Positions 10,423 to 19,515 of a DNA stretch of 64,000 bases are shown here, piece by piece (within the stretch, counting starts at the first letter, position 1; the number at the start of each line of letters is the position of its first letter). The stretch lies in IMG/VR virus record IMGVR_UViG_3300011008_000034, positions 64,001 through 128,000 of that record; one strand, written 5' to 3'. Both the position numbers and the translations under genes were made by a program. The notes beneath the pieces were generated by a model. The model did no database searches, was not told the origin of the DNA, and saw only the letters and a list, made by a program, of their open reading frames with translations. Source of the DNA: a virus (taxonomy: Duplodnaviria; Caudoviricetes).

Positions 10423-10513
10423 GTTTACACCTCTTTTCATAAATCTTCTTCAATATCATCATAAATAATTTTATTAATATCATAATCAATTATTACTTTT
10501 TGTTTTCCATTTA
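10277..10513. repeat. Direct repeat copy A (recJ 5' end + endonuclease 3' end)
   Basis: Aligns closely with 11563-11800. Confidence 0.9.
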
Positions 10514-11498
10514 TACATAAATCATATGCTTTGTGTATATTTTCAAAAAGATTTTCTAATTTTTGTGGTTTTTTGCATTTTGTTTCAACAATTCTAATAA
10601 TTTTCCATCCATTACTATAAAGCAATTCTTCACGTTTAGATTCATTTTTAAAGAATTGTTCTTCTGATTCATTTTTCATTTTATAATATGCAAAATGTCC
10701 ACGTCCATCAACTTCAATACAGATTTTATCTTCAGGAAATGCAATATCCAATCTTTTACGTTTAAATTTATAGTTTAACTCTCCGCCAATTTTCAACCAT
10801 ATATATTCCTGTAATCTCGATGTATTAACACCTGTACCATGACTCCTATCCAAAAGACCTTGATTAATTTTTTTACGTATTTTAGGACTTTGCGAAATAT
10901 TACTTTCAACACCATAATTTTTTTGTAACGTTTCTAATTTCTTTTTCTTTATTATCTCACTTTGACAAACATTTTCAACACCCCAATGTTCCAATGTTGT
11001 TTGCGTTATGCGTTGTCTTATTTCTGGATTTTGTGAAACATTCTCAACTCCCCATCTTTCTAAATTTGTCGCTTTTACTTTATCTCTCACTTCTTGACTA
11101 CAAGTTGGGGCAATCCCTCCATAACGTTCAGTGTTTGTCTTAGCAACTTTTTCATGCCATAATTTTGTTTGAGAAATGTTTTCAACTCCGTATTTTTCAA
11201 ATATTGCTTTTTTTGTTCGCTCTCCAAGATATTTGTTAAAAGCTTTTTTGCATTCATCTGTTTGTCGACAAAAATGTTTTTCTTTTCCTTGAACGCAACC
11301 ATACGTTTTTTGATACATTGTATGACAATGATCACATATAACATCAACTTGTATAGAAGAGTATTTAGGTAAATCAAATACATTTACTTCTATATTTCTG
11401 TTTGATTCAGATAATATATATCCAAGATTTTCATAATAAGATTTATTTTTTTTATTCCATTTTGTTATATATGTTTTATCAATTATCATTAAAATCAT
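10437..11498 (-). CDS. Free-standing putative homing endonuclease (Zn motif, five 23-aa repeats, Vsr/DUF559-like nuclease)
   Basis: CDHC, repeats T(N)LE(R/K)YGVENxSQ, C-terminal LDIAFPEDKICIEVDGRGH…GWKIIRI. Confidence 0.75.
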   Translation of the reverse strand: MILMIIDKTYITKWNKKNKSYYENLGYILSESNRNIEVNVFDLPKYSSIQVDVICDHCHTMYQKTYGCVQGKEKHFCRQTDECKKAFNKYLGERTKKAIFEKYGVENISQTKLWHEKVAKTNTERYGGIAPTCSQEVRDKVKATNLERWGVENVSQNPEIRQRITQTTLEHWGVENVCQSEIIKKKKLETLQKNYGVESNISQSPKIRKKINQGLLDRSHGTGVNTSRLQEYIWLKIGGELNYKFKRKRLDIAFPEDKICIEVDGRGHFAYYKMKNESEEQFFKNESKREELLYSNGWKIIRIVETKCKKPQKLENLFENIHKAYDLCINGKQKVIIDYDINKIIYDDIEEDL

Positions 11499-11549
11499 TC
11501 CTTTTAATTATTTGATTTAAAATAATCAAAAAAGAAAAAATTTATTTTT

Positions 11550-11708
11550 TTAATATTGTATGGCTTTTTTCATGTTTGGAAGAGAAAAAGGAGAATTGAT
11601 TCTCCCCTTTTTATATAAAAACTTATCAAACTCTTCATCAGACATGGAAAAATATTTTTGAATAGAATGCAAAAAATCTCCTTCATATGTATTCAAAATT
11701 TTCCACAT
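11550..11708 (-). pseudogene. Duplicated recJ N-terminal fragment (52 aa)
   Basis: MWKILNTYEGDFLHSIQKYFSMSDEEFDKFLYKKGRINSPFSLPNMKKAIQY*, nearly identical to the RecJ N-terminus. Confidence 0.85.
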
Positions 11709-11800
11709 ATTTTCTCCTCTTTTCATAAATCTTCTTTAATATTATTATAATTAATTTTATTAACATCATAGTTAATCATTACTTTTTGTTTTCCATTTAT
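11563..11800. repeat. Direct repeat copy B
   Basis: See 10277-10513. Further eroded endonuclease 3' fragments continue to about 11860. Confidence 0.9.
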
Positions 11801-11901
11801 TATTATAAATACTATAAAGCAATTCTTTATGTTCATTTTTTATTTTATGATATGCAAAATTATATATAGTAAAAAAATTATTAAAAATTTTTAATCAAAG
11901 A

Positions 11902-11930
11902 TGTACATTTTATTACGAATATGATATAAT
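11902..11930 (+). promoter_or_regulatory. Promoter of the radical SAM operon (TGTACA-N17-TATAAT), preceded by palindrome ATTAAAAATTTTTAAT
   Basis: Read directly from the sequence. Closely resembles the region upstream of tnpB at 30161-30230. Confidence 0.65.
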
Positions 11931-11955
11931 AAAATATTAATAAGGAGGTATAACT

Positions 11956-12339
11956 GTGGTTCATAATGAAAGAAATCAACACAATATAGTAGAAAAAGAA
12001 CTTATTCTATTTCAGTCTATAGTAGACCGAAAATCGGTTGTAGAATCTACAATTAATCAAGCTATAGATAACCATGTGAAATCATATCCTAAACAACGTA
12101 AAATTTCTAGTACTGTTATTATTGTAACAAATTCTGGAGACGAAAAAGTAAATGAAGAAGCATTAAAAAAGGTTCATGATAAAATCATTACAGAACATCT
12201 TCAAGCAGTTAATCAATTAAATCATTTGAAATCATCAGGTAGTTGTAATTATAATGATATTCATTCTGTTCCACCACTATATCAAAATAAAGCAAGAGAA
12301 ATTATCGAAGAAAACAATTGGCTTATGAATAATGAATAA
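11956..12339 (+). CDS. Hypothetical protein
   Basis: AAGGAGGT RBS, GTG start. Confidence 0.6.
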   Translation: MVHNERNQHNIVEKELILFQSIVDRKSVVESTINQAIDNHVKSYPKQRKISSTVIIVTNSGDEKVNEEALKKVHDKIITEHLQAVNQLNHLKSSGSCNYNDIHSVPPLYQNKAREIIEENNWLMNNE

Positions 12340-12357
12340 CTATGGAGGTGAAAAATA

Positions 12358-13137
12358 ATGCTTACAAAAGTAGCTGAAAAACATTTTGCAAATGGTTCAG
12401 TATATGCATTAAAAACAGAAGATGGTTTTTTATTAGAAACGACTGATACATTCCTTCCTTATTATACGAAAGATGCTATTGGAAGAAAACAAAATTTTTT
12501 AGATAATAAAGATTTAGGCAGTAGAAGTGAACGTTGGATGATTGGTGTTTCTACTATGTCAGGTTGTTGTGTAGGATGTAAATTCTGTTCTACTGGTAAT
12601 ATGAAGAAATTTAGAAATTTAACTGCACAAGAAATTGTCGAACAAGTTGAATTTATTTTAAGTCTTCATAAGGAAAATCCTCTTGACAGTAAAGAATTTA
12701 AAATTAACTATACAAGGATGGGTGAACCTTTTCTTAATATAAAAAATGTAAAAGAAGCAATGTCTATCTTAAATAAATACAAACCACATCATTATATTTC
12801 AACTATTGGAATTAAAGATAGTGATTTTTCTTTTATTAAAGGTAATATTACATTACAAATTTCACTTCATTCGTTAGATAATAAACGACGTAATAACTTA
12901 ATTCCTTTTAAAAACAAAATGACTATTGAAGAATTAGGTCAAATTCGTACAAAATCAAACCTAAAAACGACTATTAATATGACATTGGTCGATAATGCTG
13001 ATTTTGATATTGATAAATTAAAAAAACACTTTGACCCCAAATACTTTTTTATTAAATTATCGCCTATTAATGAAAATGTTATTTCTAAAAAGAATCATTT
13101 AGGAAAAGGTATTGTGGAAGGAATAAATATTATTTAA
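12358..13137 (+). CDS. RlmN/Cfr-like radical SAM core lacking the N-terminal domain and the C-terminal AACGQL segment
   Basis: LET, GCCVGCKFCSTG, RNLTAQEIVEQV, RMGEPFLN, ISTIG, QISLHS…RNNLIP, LSPIN. The protein ends before the Cys355-equivalent loop. Confidence 0.88.
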   Translation: MLTKVAEKHFANGSVYALKTEDGFLLETTDTFLPYYTKDAIGRKQNFLDNKDLGSRSERWMIGVSTMSGCCVGCKFCSTGNMKKFRNLTAQEIVEQVEFILSLHKENPLDSKEFKINYTRMGEPFLNIKNVKEAMSILNKYKPHHYISTIGIKDSDFSFIKGNITLQISLHSLDNKRRNNLIPFKNKMTIEELGQIRTKSNLKTTINMTLVDNADFDIDKLKKHFDPKYFFIKLSPINENVISKKNHLGKGIVEGINII

Positions 13138-13150
13138 GGGAGAAACCAAA

Positions 13151-13438
13151 ATGGAAATTTTAACGAAAGCAAATTTATTTGGGGTACAAGTTTCTATTGA
13201 CGAAGAACGAGTTATTATTGATATGATCGAAAATTTAACGGGGAAATCTATCTATAAAAATATTTATGTTAAAAATGATAAGCTTGTTCATGAATATGAT
13301 GGTTCATATCACGGTTCATATTCTCCTGAATACGAAATAATTACGACAGACGTTAAAAAAATTAAAAAATTTCAGTTATTGAAAGAATTATTAAATGTTA
13401 TAGAAACAGAAAAGGTGGACGAAACATTATGTCAATGA
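13151..13438 (+). CDS. Hypothetical protein
   Basis: ORF with RBS; contains YHGSY. Confidence 0.6.
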   Translation: MEILTKANLFGVQVSIDEERVIIDMIENLTGKSIYKNIYVKNDKLVHEYDGSYHGSYSPEYEIITTDVKKIKKFQLLKELLNVIETEKVDETLCQ

Positions 13439-13659
13439 AAGAAAAATTTTGCAAAGAACAACTTCAAGATATACTTGATTTTTACGAATTTTGTAAAACG
13501 AAGAATAAGAAATTTCTTTATGTCAAAACGAATGAAAATAAAACTGGAGTGAACGTCATTAATCATGTAAAAGAAATGGTTAACCTTTATACTAATAAAA
13601 ACGAATTCTTAAAAGATGCCGAAAGAATTTTTAATTTAGTAAAGGATGATGAAAAATGA
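13429..13659 (+). CDS. Hypothetical protein
   Basis: Overlap-coupled ORF in the operon. Confidence 0.55.
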   Translation: MSMKEKFCKEQLQDILDFYEFCKTKNKKFLYVKTNENKTGVNVINHVKEMVNLYTNKNEFLKDAERIFNLVKDDEK

Positions 13660-14036
13660 ACAATATAAAAGAACAAATTGAATTCGTATTAGATTGGTGT
13701 GAATTTCAAGAATCAAAAGGAAAACCAGCAAGACTAGATATTATTTTATCTTCTGAAGATATTGATGAAGAAGTAAAAAATATTTTTAATTGTATTGGTT
13801 ACTTAAATAAACATTTATCAAAAGATGAATTAATAAACATTATTAATAAAGCGGAAAATGCCGAAAGCGAATATCAAAGTCCAATGAAGTGTTGTATTAA
13901 AAGAAAGATGGTTGGAGATGGCTGTATGAGCAGTACTCGTTACGTTGAATATTGTGTAGCAGCAGAAAATTGTACAAATGAAGAATGTTTATATGCTACT
14001 CGAAAAAAGAAAAGAGAACATTCTTCTTTTTGTTAA
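13656..14036 (+). CDS. Hypothetical protein with Cys-rich C-terminus
   Basis: ATGA overlap; KCC…GC…YC…C…C. Confidence 0.55.
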   Translation: MNNIKEQIEFVLDWCEFQESKGKPARLDIILSSEDIDEEVKNIFNCIGYLNKHLSKDELINIINKAENAESEYQSPMKCCIKRKMVGDGCMSSTRYVEYCVAAENCTNEECLYATRKKKREHSSFC

Positions 14037-14047
14037 AGGATTATACA

Positions 14048-14909
14048 ATGAAAATTTTCGATTATGATATTCAAACAAAACAATATTATTGTCAATTAAA
14101 TAATCATCCATTAAAAAAAATTCCTTCTTCTACTATAAATGTTTATGTACGATTACAAAATGTTTGTAATGCAAAATGTAAATTCTGCGAATTTAAAGGC
14201 AATTATATCCCTTTTAATGAAAAAGGATTTAGAGAAGCATTAGAAGAAATTCGTAGTAAAGTAAAAATTAATCGTTTATCATTTACAGGAGGAGAACCTA
14301 GGAGGAGAACCTACTTTAGATTTTGAACTATTTAAAAGATGTTTAAAATTTGTTCAAGATTTTGATAGTGATATTTTTACTGTTGTCAATACGAATGGAT
14401 TATACTTGAATGAATTAGAAGAATTAGGATTAAATAGTATTGCTTTATCAAGACATCATTATAATCAAGATAAAAACGATGAAATATTCGGTATAAAGAC
14501 ATCTAATATTAAAAATATAAAGAATTTACATTTATCATGCAACTTAATAAAAGGTTATATTGATAATGAAGAAGAAATCTTAAAATATCTTGATTGGTGT
14601 GATATGAATGGATTTACAGATATTGGTTTTGTTGCGCTAATGAAAGTAAACGATTATTGTAAAGAACATTTTATTTCACAAGATATATTTAATTTCAATG
14701 GTAAGCGATTCTTAAAAGTCAAAGAATATCATAATAAAGATATTCATAATGAACTTTGTTGTAAGTGTTGTAACTATCTTTATGGTGGTGATAATTTAGT
14801 CAATATTTATAGCAGGCATTACATAAAGTCTGATAATAATAATGCATTGGTTTATGATTTAAATAAACTAAAAGATGGATTCAATGGAAAAATCATTAAG
14901 GAGTGGTAA
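14048..14909 (+). pseudogene. Second radical SAM enzyme, frameshifted by a 13-bp tandem duplication
   Basis: CNAKCKFC and FTGGEP. AGGAGGAGAACCT occurs at 14287-14299 and 14300-14312. Removing one copy gives GGEPTLDFELF…VVNTNGLYLNELEELG, joining ORF 14406-14909. Confidence 0.85.
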
Positions 14910-14911
14910 AG

Positions 14912-15040
14912 ATGGAAGAAATTAAAAAACAGTTAGAAGACAATGGATATGATTATGCGGTAGCAATCGCAACGCAAGCAGAAATTGAAAATGGAGCAGC
15001 TTGTGGTCAGCTTGCAATTATTGTCGAAAACGAAGAATAA
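14912..15040 (+). CDS. 42-aa peptide equivalent to the RlmN C-terminal methyl-carrier segment (AACGQL)
   Basis: AAGGAG RBS at 14898; MEEIKKQLEDNGYDYAVAIATQAEIENGAACGQLAIIVENEE*. Below the ORF track length cut-off. Confidence 0.85.
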   Translation: MEEIKKQLEDNGYDYAVAIATQAEIENGAACGQLAIIVENEE

Positions 15041-15053
15041 GTTTTAAATAAGT

Positions 15054-15094
15054 AAAAAGCTCATTATCCTTAAAATTGGGATAATGAGCTTTTT
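15054..15094. terminator. Bidirectional intrinsic terminator closing the radical SAM operon
   Basis: aaaaagctcattatcc…ggataatgagcttttt. Confidence 0.8.
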
Positions 15095-15095
15095 A

Positions 15096-15875
15096 TTATG
15101 CTATTGTTTTAGTATTATGAACAATGAACTCTTTCAAGTTTCTCGGAAGTTCTTTATAAATATCTTTTTTATATTTCTCCCAACCATTCAAGGTATTTTC
15201 ATATCCAATATGTTCGCATACATAAGAATCAAAATTACAAAAATGACTTTTTCCATCTTTAATAAATTTCATTGTAATTTTTTTATTCGGATTTTCTTCA
15301 GCGAGACTCATTAGTTTTGTAAGAATCTTTTCATCGTCATGAATAAGGTTAACATTAATTGCAATTTCGTCTATACTAGTAGCGAACTGTCCATGAGAAA
15401 TATCATTAAAAGTATGAAGATAATTTGGAGTATAAATGGTCAAGTCATTAAAATGACCATCATCATATCCATCGCATGTCCAAGTTGTGCCGGTTACAAA
15501 AATATTATATTTTTTATGCCATGCAAAAAGTTGAATTTCATGTCGTTTTCTATTATATGCTTCAAATTGAAATTCTTTTTCATAAGTTTCAAATCCAAAT
15601 TTTTCAAGGACTTTTTTCGCTTCTTCAAGATTAATATCTGGATAGAAATCATCTGCTTCCACTCGTTCGCCAAGAGTTACAATGTAATATTTTTCAGCAG
15701 TTTTCTTTACCTTAGCAATTTTAAAGAAGCCTCCAGAAGGAAGTACTTTATCAGAAATGATTACTTTCCCATAAGCATCATATCCAACGAAAGACTTTCT
15801 ATTTCTCTTGCTATCATAAGAATCCGCGAAATAATATACATCGTTTTCTTTTACTTCGTTTTTAAATTTGTACAT
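15096..15875 (-). CDS. Hypothetical protein
   Basis: Start moved to MYKFK because a consensus promoter (15943-15971) lies inside the annotated 5' part and an AAGGAG RBS precedes 15875. Confidence 0.65.
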   Translation of the reverse strand: MYKFKNEVKENDVYYFADSYDSKRNRKSFVGYDAYGKVIISDKVLPSGGFFKIAKVKKTAEKYYIVTLGERVEADDFYPDINLEEAKKVLEKFGFETYEKEFQFEAYNRKRHEIQLFAWHKKYNIFVTGTTWTCDGYDDGHFNDLTIYTPNYLHTFNDISHGQFATSIDEIAINVNLIHDDEKILTKLMSLAEENPNKKITMKFIKDGKSHFCNFDSYVCEHIGYENTLNGWEKYKKDIYKELPRNLKEFIVHNTKTIA

Positions 15876-16014
15876 TTTAATTCTCTCCTTTTCTTTAACT
15901 ACTCTTTTTCTATCCTTACGGATTTTCCTTACCTCTGATTTTATTATACCATATTCGAAGTAGTTTGTAAATAGTTTTTTCATTTTTTCAATATCATATA
16001 ATAAAAAGGAGAGA

Positions 16015-16323
16015 TTAACTCTCCTTTTCCACCGCTATTACTACAGAAAATACATCATCAGGACAATCAACATTTAATGTTATTAACCAAACTTTATCAA
16101 ATTCTGTTTCCAAATCTTCTACCAGTTTTTTTATAGCTAATAAATACCTTGACCATTTTCCTTTATCAGCGGTACATGCATTTTCTCCACCATAGAAAGT
16201 TACTAACATGTGACTGTGATCTGTTTCTTCTTCGTCATATCCATAACAAATCATACCCACTTCATCGATTGTACCATTTAAATACTTTTCACAAATTGGA
16301 CGTACTAATTCTTTAGTTAACAT
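16015..16323 (-). CDS. Hypothetical protein
   Basis: ORF with RBS. Confidence 0.6.
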   Translation of the reverse strand: MLTKELVRPICEKYLNGTIDEVGMICYGYDEEETDHSHMLVTFYGGENACTADKGKWSRYLLAIKKLVEDLETEFDKVWLITLNVDCPDDVFSVVIAVEKES

Positions 16324-16337
16324 ACGAATTCTCTCCT

Positions 16338-16592
16338 TTAATGTTCTTTTATTTTAATTTCTTTCGACGAATTTGAATTTTTTACGGTATATTCCTCTAT
16401 TGGTTCGTTTTCACGTCTTGGACGATATACATATGTATATCGTAAATTTTCGTCACAATTAATACAAACAAATTTTGTGTTTTCAGGAAGATTAATTTCC
16501 GTTAAAACATTATCATCATAAGATACTTGATGATTATCATGCGCACATCCAATGCATAATAATGCAATTGCTATTAATAAAAATTTTTTCAT
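16338..16592 (-). CDS. Putative lipoprotein
   Basis: MKKFLLIAIALLCIG-C signal peptide with lipobox. Confidence 0.65.
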   Translation of the reverse strand: MKKFLLIAIALLCIGCAHDNHQVSYDDNVLTEINLPENTKFVCINCDENLRYTYVYRPRRENEPIEEYTVKNSNSSKEIKIKEH

Positions 16593-16840
16593 GATTTTGC
16601 CATCCTTTCTAAATCAACAGGTTCAATATCTCCGACTTCTTCAATTAATGTTTCTTTTGCAGTATTAAAATTACCATCAATTGAATTAATTTCGTCTTCA
16701 TATTTTGTACATCCATCACTGTAAATGATTGTCCAACCAGATTCTGCACTTTGAATTGTATAAATAAATCCGTGACTATCGATAAAATGTTCTTGACGTT
16801 CTACTTCATCTATTGGTAATAATCCAAATAATCTTTCCAT
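16589..16840 (-). CDS. Hypothetical protein
   Basis: ORF with AAGGAG RBS. Confidence 0.6.
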   Translation of the reverse strand: MERLFGLLPIDEVERQEHFIDSHGFIYTIQSAESGWTIIYSDGCTKYEDEINSIDGNFNTAKETLIEEVGDIEPVDLERMAKS

Positions 16841-16888
16841 TTTTAAAACTCCTTCATTCGATTTTTACCAAATCTCTTACTTTGCTTA

Positions 16889-18094
16889 CTAAAAATCTTC
16901 CTCTTTATCACCGTAAATAATTTTATAAGTATTATAATTAATTATGACTTTATTTATGTCTGTCGTCTTTAAAATAGATTTAGCATAATCAATTCTAATT
17001 TTTATATCAGATAAAATTTTTTCATAATCACGACATGTAGTCTTTGTGTCAATAACACGAATAATCTTCCATCCTAAATTAAAGAAAAATTGTTCTCTAT
17101 CATATTCATATTGCAAAAACTCTTCATGAGTCATATTCTTAAATTTTATACAATATTTTTCATGTCCTCCACCATCATATTCTACATATATCATTTCTTC
17201 AGGAAAAGAAATATCTTGAGCTTTTTTTATAACTTTATAATTCAATTTTCCACCAATTTGAAGCCAAATAAATTCTTGCTGTTGTGAAGTAAAAACTCCT
17301 GTCCCATGACTTTGTTCAATAAACGTTTGATGAGCTTTATTTCGTAATTTTTCATTTTGTAATGGATGTTCTACTCCGTAACGATCTAAATTTGTTAACT
17401 TAATTTTTTCTTTTATGGGTTCTGCAGCAAATACATTTTCAACTCCCCATTTTTTCATATTTGTTTCCGCAATTTTTGCTTGTACCTCTGGATCTTGCAT
17501 CACTTGTTCTACACCACGTTTTTCCAAATTAGTTTGTTTAATCTTTTTTTTGCCATATTCCGATGCCCAAACATTTTTAGCTCCATATAATTCAAGATTA
17601 GTTTTTGCAATTTTTTCTTGTATCTTTGGAACTTGAAATGTAGATGGATAACCATACAAATCCATACACGTTTGAGCCATTTTTGCTTTTACTTCTGGGG
17701 ATTGCGATGCACATTCATATCCATACTTATTTAAGTTTGTTTGCTTTATCTTTGCTTTACCATAATCAGATGCCCAAACATTTTCAGCTCCATATATTCG
17801 CATATTTGTAGCTTTTCTTAAATCATCAGAATATTTCTTATGTGCAGCTTTACAAGCATCAGTACTATGACAAAAATGCATATCATGAACTATAGCTGCT
17901 TGAAACATTTTTTGAAAAATAACATCATCACAATAATCGCATTTTACGTCAATTTTCATACATGAATTAGGATGTATATCAAATACATTTACATCTACAA
18001 AATCTCCATATGCTAAATTTTGAAAACCATGTTGTTTGTAATAGTTTATATTGTGATATGTTATTTTCACTAAATAATTTTTATCTACTATCAT
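16889..18094 (-). CDS. Free-standing putative homing endonuclease with seven 23-aa repeats
   Basis: Paralog of 10437-11498: CDYC, repeats, DISFPEEMIYVEYDGGGH…GWKIIRV. Confidence 0.75.
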   Translation of the reverse strand: MIVDKNYLVKITYHNINYYKQHGFQNLAYGDFVDVNVFDIHPNSCMKIDVKCDYCDDVIFQKMFQAAIVHDMHFCHSTDACKAAHKKYSDDLRKATNMRIYGAENVWASDYGKAKIKQTNLNKYGYECASQSPEVKAKMAQTCMDLYGYPSTFQVPKIQEKIAKTNLELYGAKNVWASEYGKKKIKQTNLEKRGVEQVMQDPEVQAKIAETNMKKWGVENVFAAEPIKEKIKLTNLDRYGVEHPLQNEKLRNKAHQTFIEQSHGTGVFTSQQQEFIWLQIGGKLNYKVIKKAQDISFPEEMIYVEYDGGGHEKYCIKFKNMTHEEFLQYEYDREQFFFNLGWKIIRVIDTKTTCRDYEKILSDIKIRIDYAKSILKTTDINKVIINYNTYKIIYGDKEEDF

Positions 18095-18097
18095 TAA

Positions 18098-19276
18098 TTA
18101 CATCCTTTCAATAATATCACTTTCTGTTACTGTATATTTTTTTATTTTTGACCCAGGTAACTTATACATAATATTCATAAGACTTTGTTCTAATATTGAT
18201 TTTAAACTACGTGCACCAGTCTTTTGTTTAATTGCCAAATGAGCAACTTTTTTAATAGCTTTTTCATCGAATTCCAAATCAATATTATCATATTTCATTA
18301 GTTGCTTATATTGTTTTATAAGAGAATCTTTTGGTTCAGTCAAAATCTTTAATAAATCATTTTCATCTAATGGGTCAAGAGGAACGATAATTTGAAGTCT
18401 TGAAACTAATTCACGAATTAATCCAAAATTCATAATATCTTCTTGTTTTACTTCTTTAAATAATTTATCATTAGCTTCAACTTTTTTTGCATCTCCTCCA
18501 AAACCAATTGTCTTTTTACTCATACGAGAAGCAATAATATCTTCAATTCCAGAAAAAGCGCCCATACACACAAATAATATATTATTAGTAGAGATTTTAC
18601 GACCTTTACCAGATAAAGGATTTCCGCTTAACTCAAACGTAGAACCCTCAATCATTTTTAAAATCGATGACTGCGCGTCTTTTCCTGAAACATCGCGTTG
18701 TCCATCATTACTAGCTTTTAATTTATCGATTTCATCTAATACACAAATTCCACGTTCAGCAACTTCAATGTTCCCATCTGCCTCATCCACAAGACGTTGA
18801 AGAACATCACTTACATTATCCCCAACGTAGCCAACTGCGCTTATCGCACTGGCGTCATGAACAACAATAGGAACATCAATAATACGTGCAATTGTACGAA
18901 TTAAGTGCGTTTTACCTGAACCAGTATTCCCGATAAACAATACATTTCCTTTCTGAATTTCTACATCATCTTTATTATTAATATCTTGTTTAAAAATGCG
19001 TTTATAGTGATTATAAACAGCTACACTTAAGGCTTTTTTAGCATAGTCTTGTCCGATGACATATTCATCAAGTTTCTTTTTAATTTCCTGAGGATTAAAT
19101 GGAATATTATCCATTTTCTTATTTAATTTTCTGCCAGCTAAAATGCTGTTACATAAATCTACACATTTATCACAAATATTAATAGAGCTCGTCATACCGT
19201 AAATAATTTTATCTTCATTGACAGATTCACCACAAAATTTACATTTAATCTTTTTGGCCATATTTTCCAACCTCAC
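18098..19276 (-). CDS. clpX: ClpX ATPase
   Basis: CKFC…CDKC zinc-binding domain, VIGQDYAKKALSVAVYNHYKR, GNTGSGKT, LDEIDK, RDVSG, IGF loop, TGARSL. Confidence 0.95.
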   Translation of the reverse strand: MRLENMAKKIKCKFCGESVNEDKIIYGMTSSINICDKCVDLCNSILAGRKLNKKMDNIPFNPQEIKKKLDEYVIGQDYAKKALSVAVYNHYKRIFKQDINNKDDVEIQKGNVLFIGNTGSGKTHLIRTIARIIDVPIVVHDASAISAVGYVGDNVSDVLQRLVDEADGNIEVAERGICVLDEIDKLKASNDGQRDVSGKDAQSSILKMIEGSTFELSGNPLSGKGRKISTNNILFVCMGAFSGIEDIIASRMSKKTIGFGGDAKKVEANDKLFKEVKQEDIMNFGLIRELVSRLQIIVPLDPLDENDLLKILTEPKDSLIKQYKQLMKYDNIDLEFDEKAIKKVAHLAIKQKTGARSLKSILEQSLMNIMYKLPGSKIKKYTVTESDIIERM

Positions 19277-19377
19277 TTTCTTAGTTATATTGTAGTTGGT
19301 TTTATTAGTTTGATTTTTTAAAAATAGACCAAATACACAGTTTAAAAAGAGACCCTTAGAAGAGTCTCTTTTTTAAT

Positions 19378-19515
19378 CTATTCATCTTTTTTGTTAATGG
19401 TTTTTTTATTAATAGTAATTAATTTAAAATTTCCAATAGCAGCACATAATGAACAAAACATAAAAAATGTTAGATAAGGGTGAACAAAACACCACCAGAC
19501 AATACTGTCAATCAT
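19378..19515 (-). CDS. Small membrane protein (45 aa)
   Basis: ATGA overlap with the gyrA stop; MIDSIVWWCFVHPYLTFFMFCSLCAAIG…. Confidence 0.5.
   Translation of the reverse strand: MIDSIVWWCFVHPYLTFFMFCSLCAAIGNFKLITINKKTINKKDE

Noticed and set aside
11499-11560. Intron linking the recJ stub to the main recJ gene
   Set aside because: The downstream recJ already has its own start and full N-terminus, and no group I or II core motifs are visible.
10277-11800. Diversity-generating retroelement TR/VR pair
   Set aside because: Differences are not adenine-specific and there is no reverse transcriptase in the window.
13138-14911. Intron or intein explaining the split RlmN-like gene
   Set aside because: The interval is filled with ordinary RBS-led ORFs, with no P/Q/R/S elements or Hint motifs, and both parts have independent starts and stops.
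15084-15938. Plus-strand ORFs 15084-15314 and 15339-15938
   Set aside because: Antisense shadows of a minus-strand gene that has its own promoter and RBS; Phe/Ile-rich composition.
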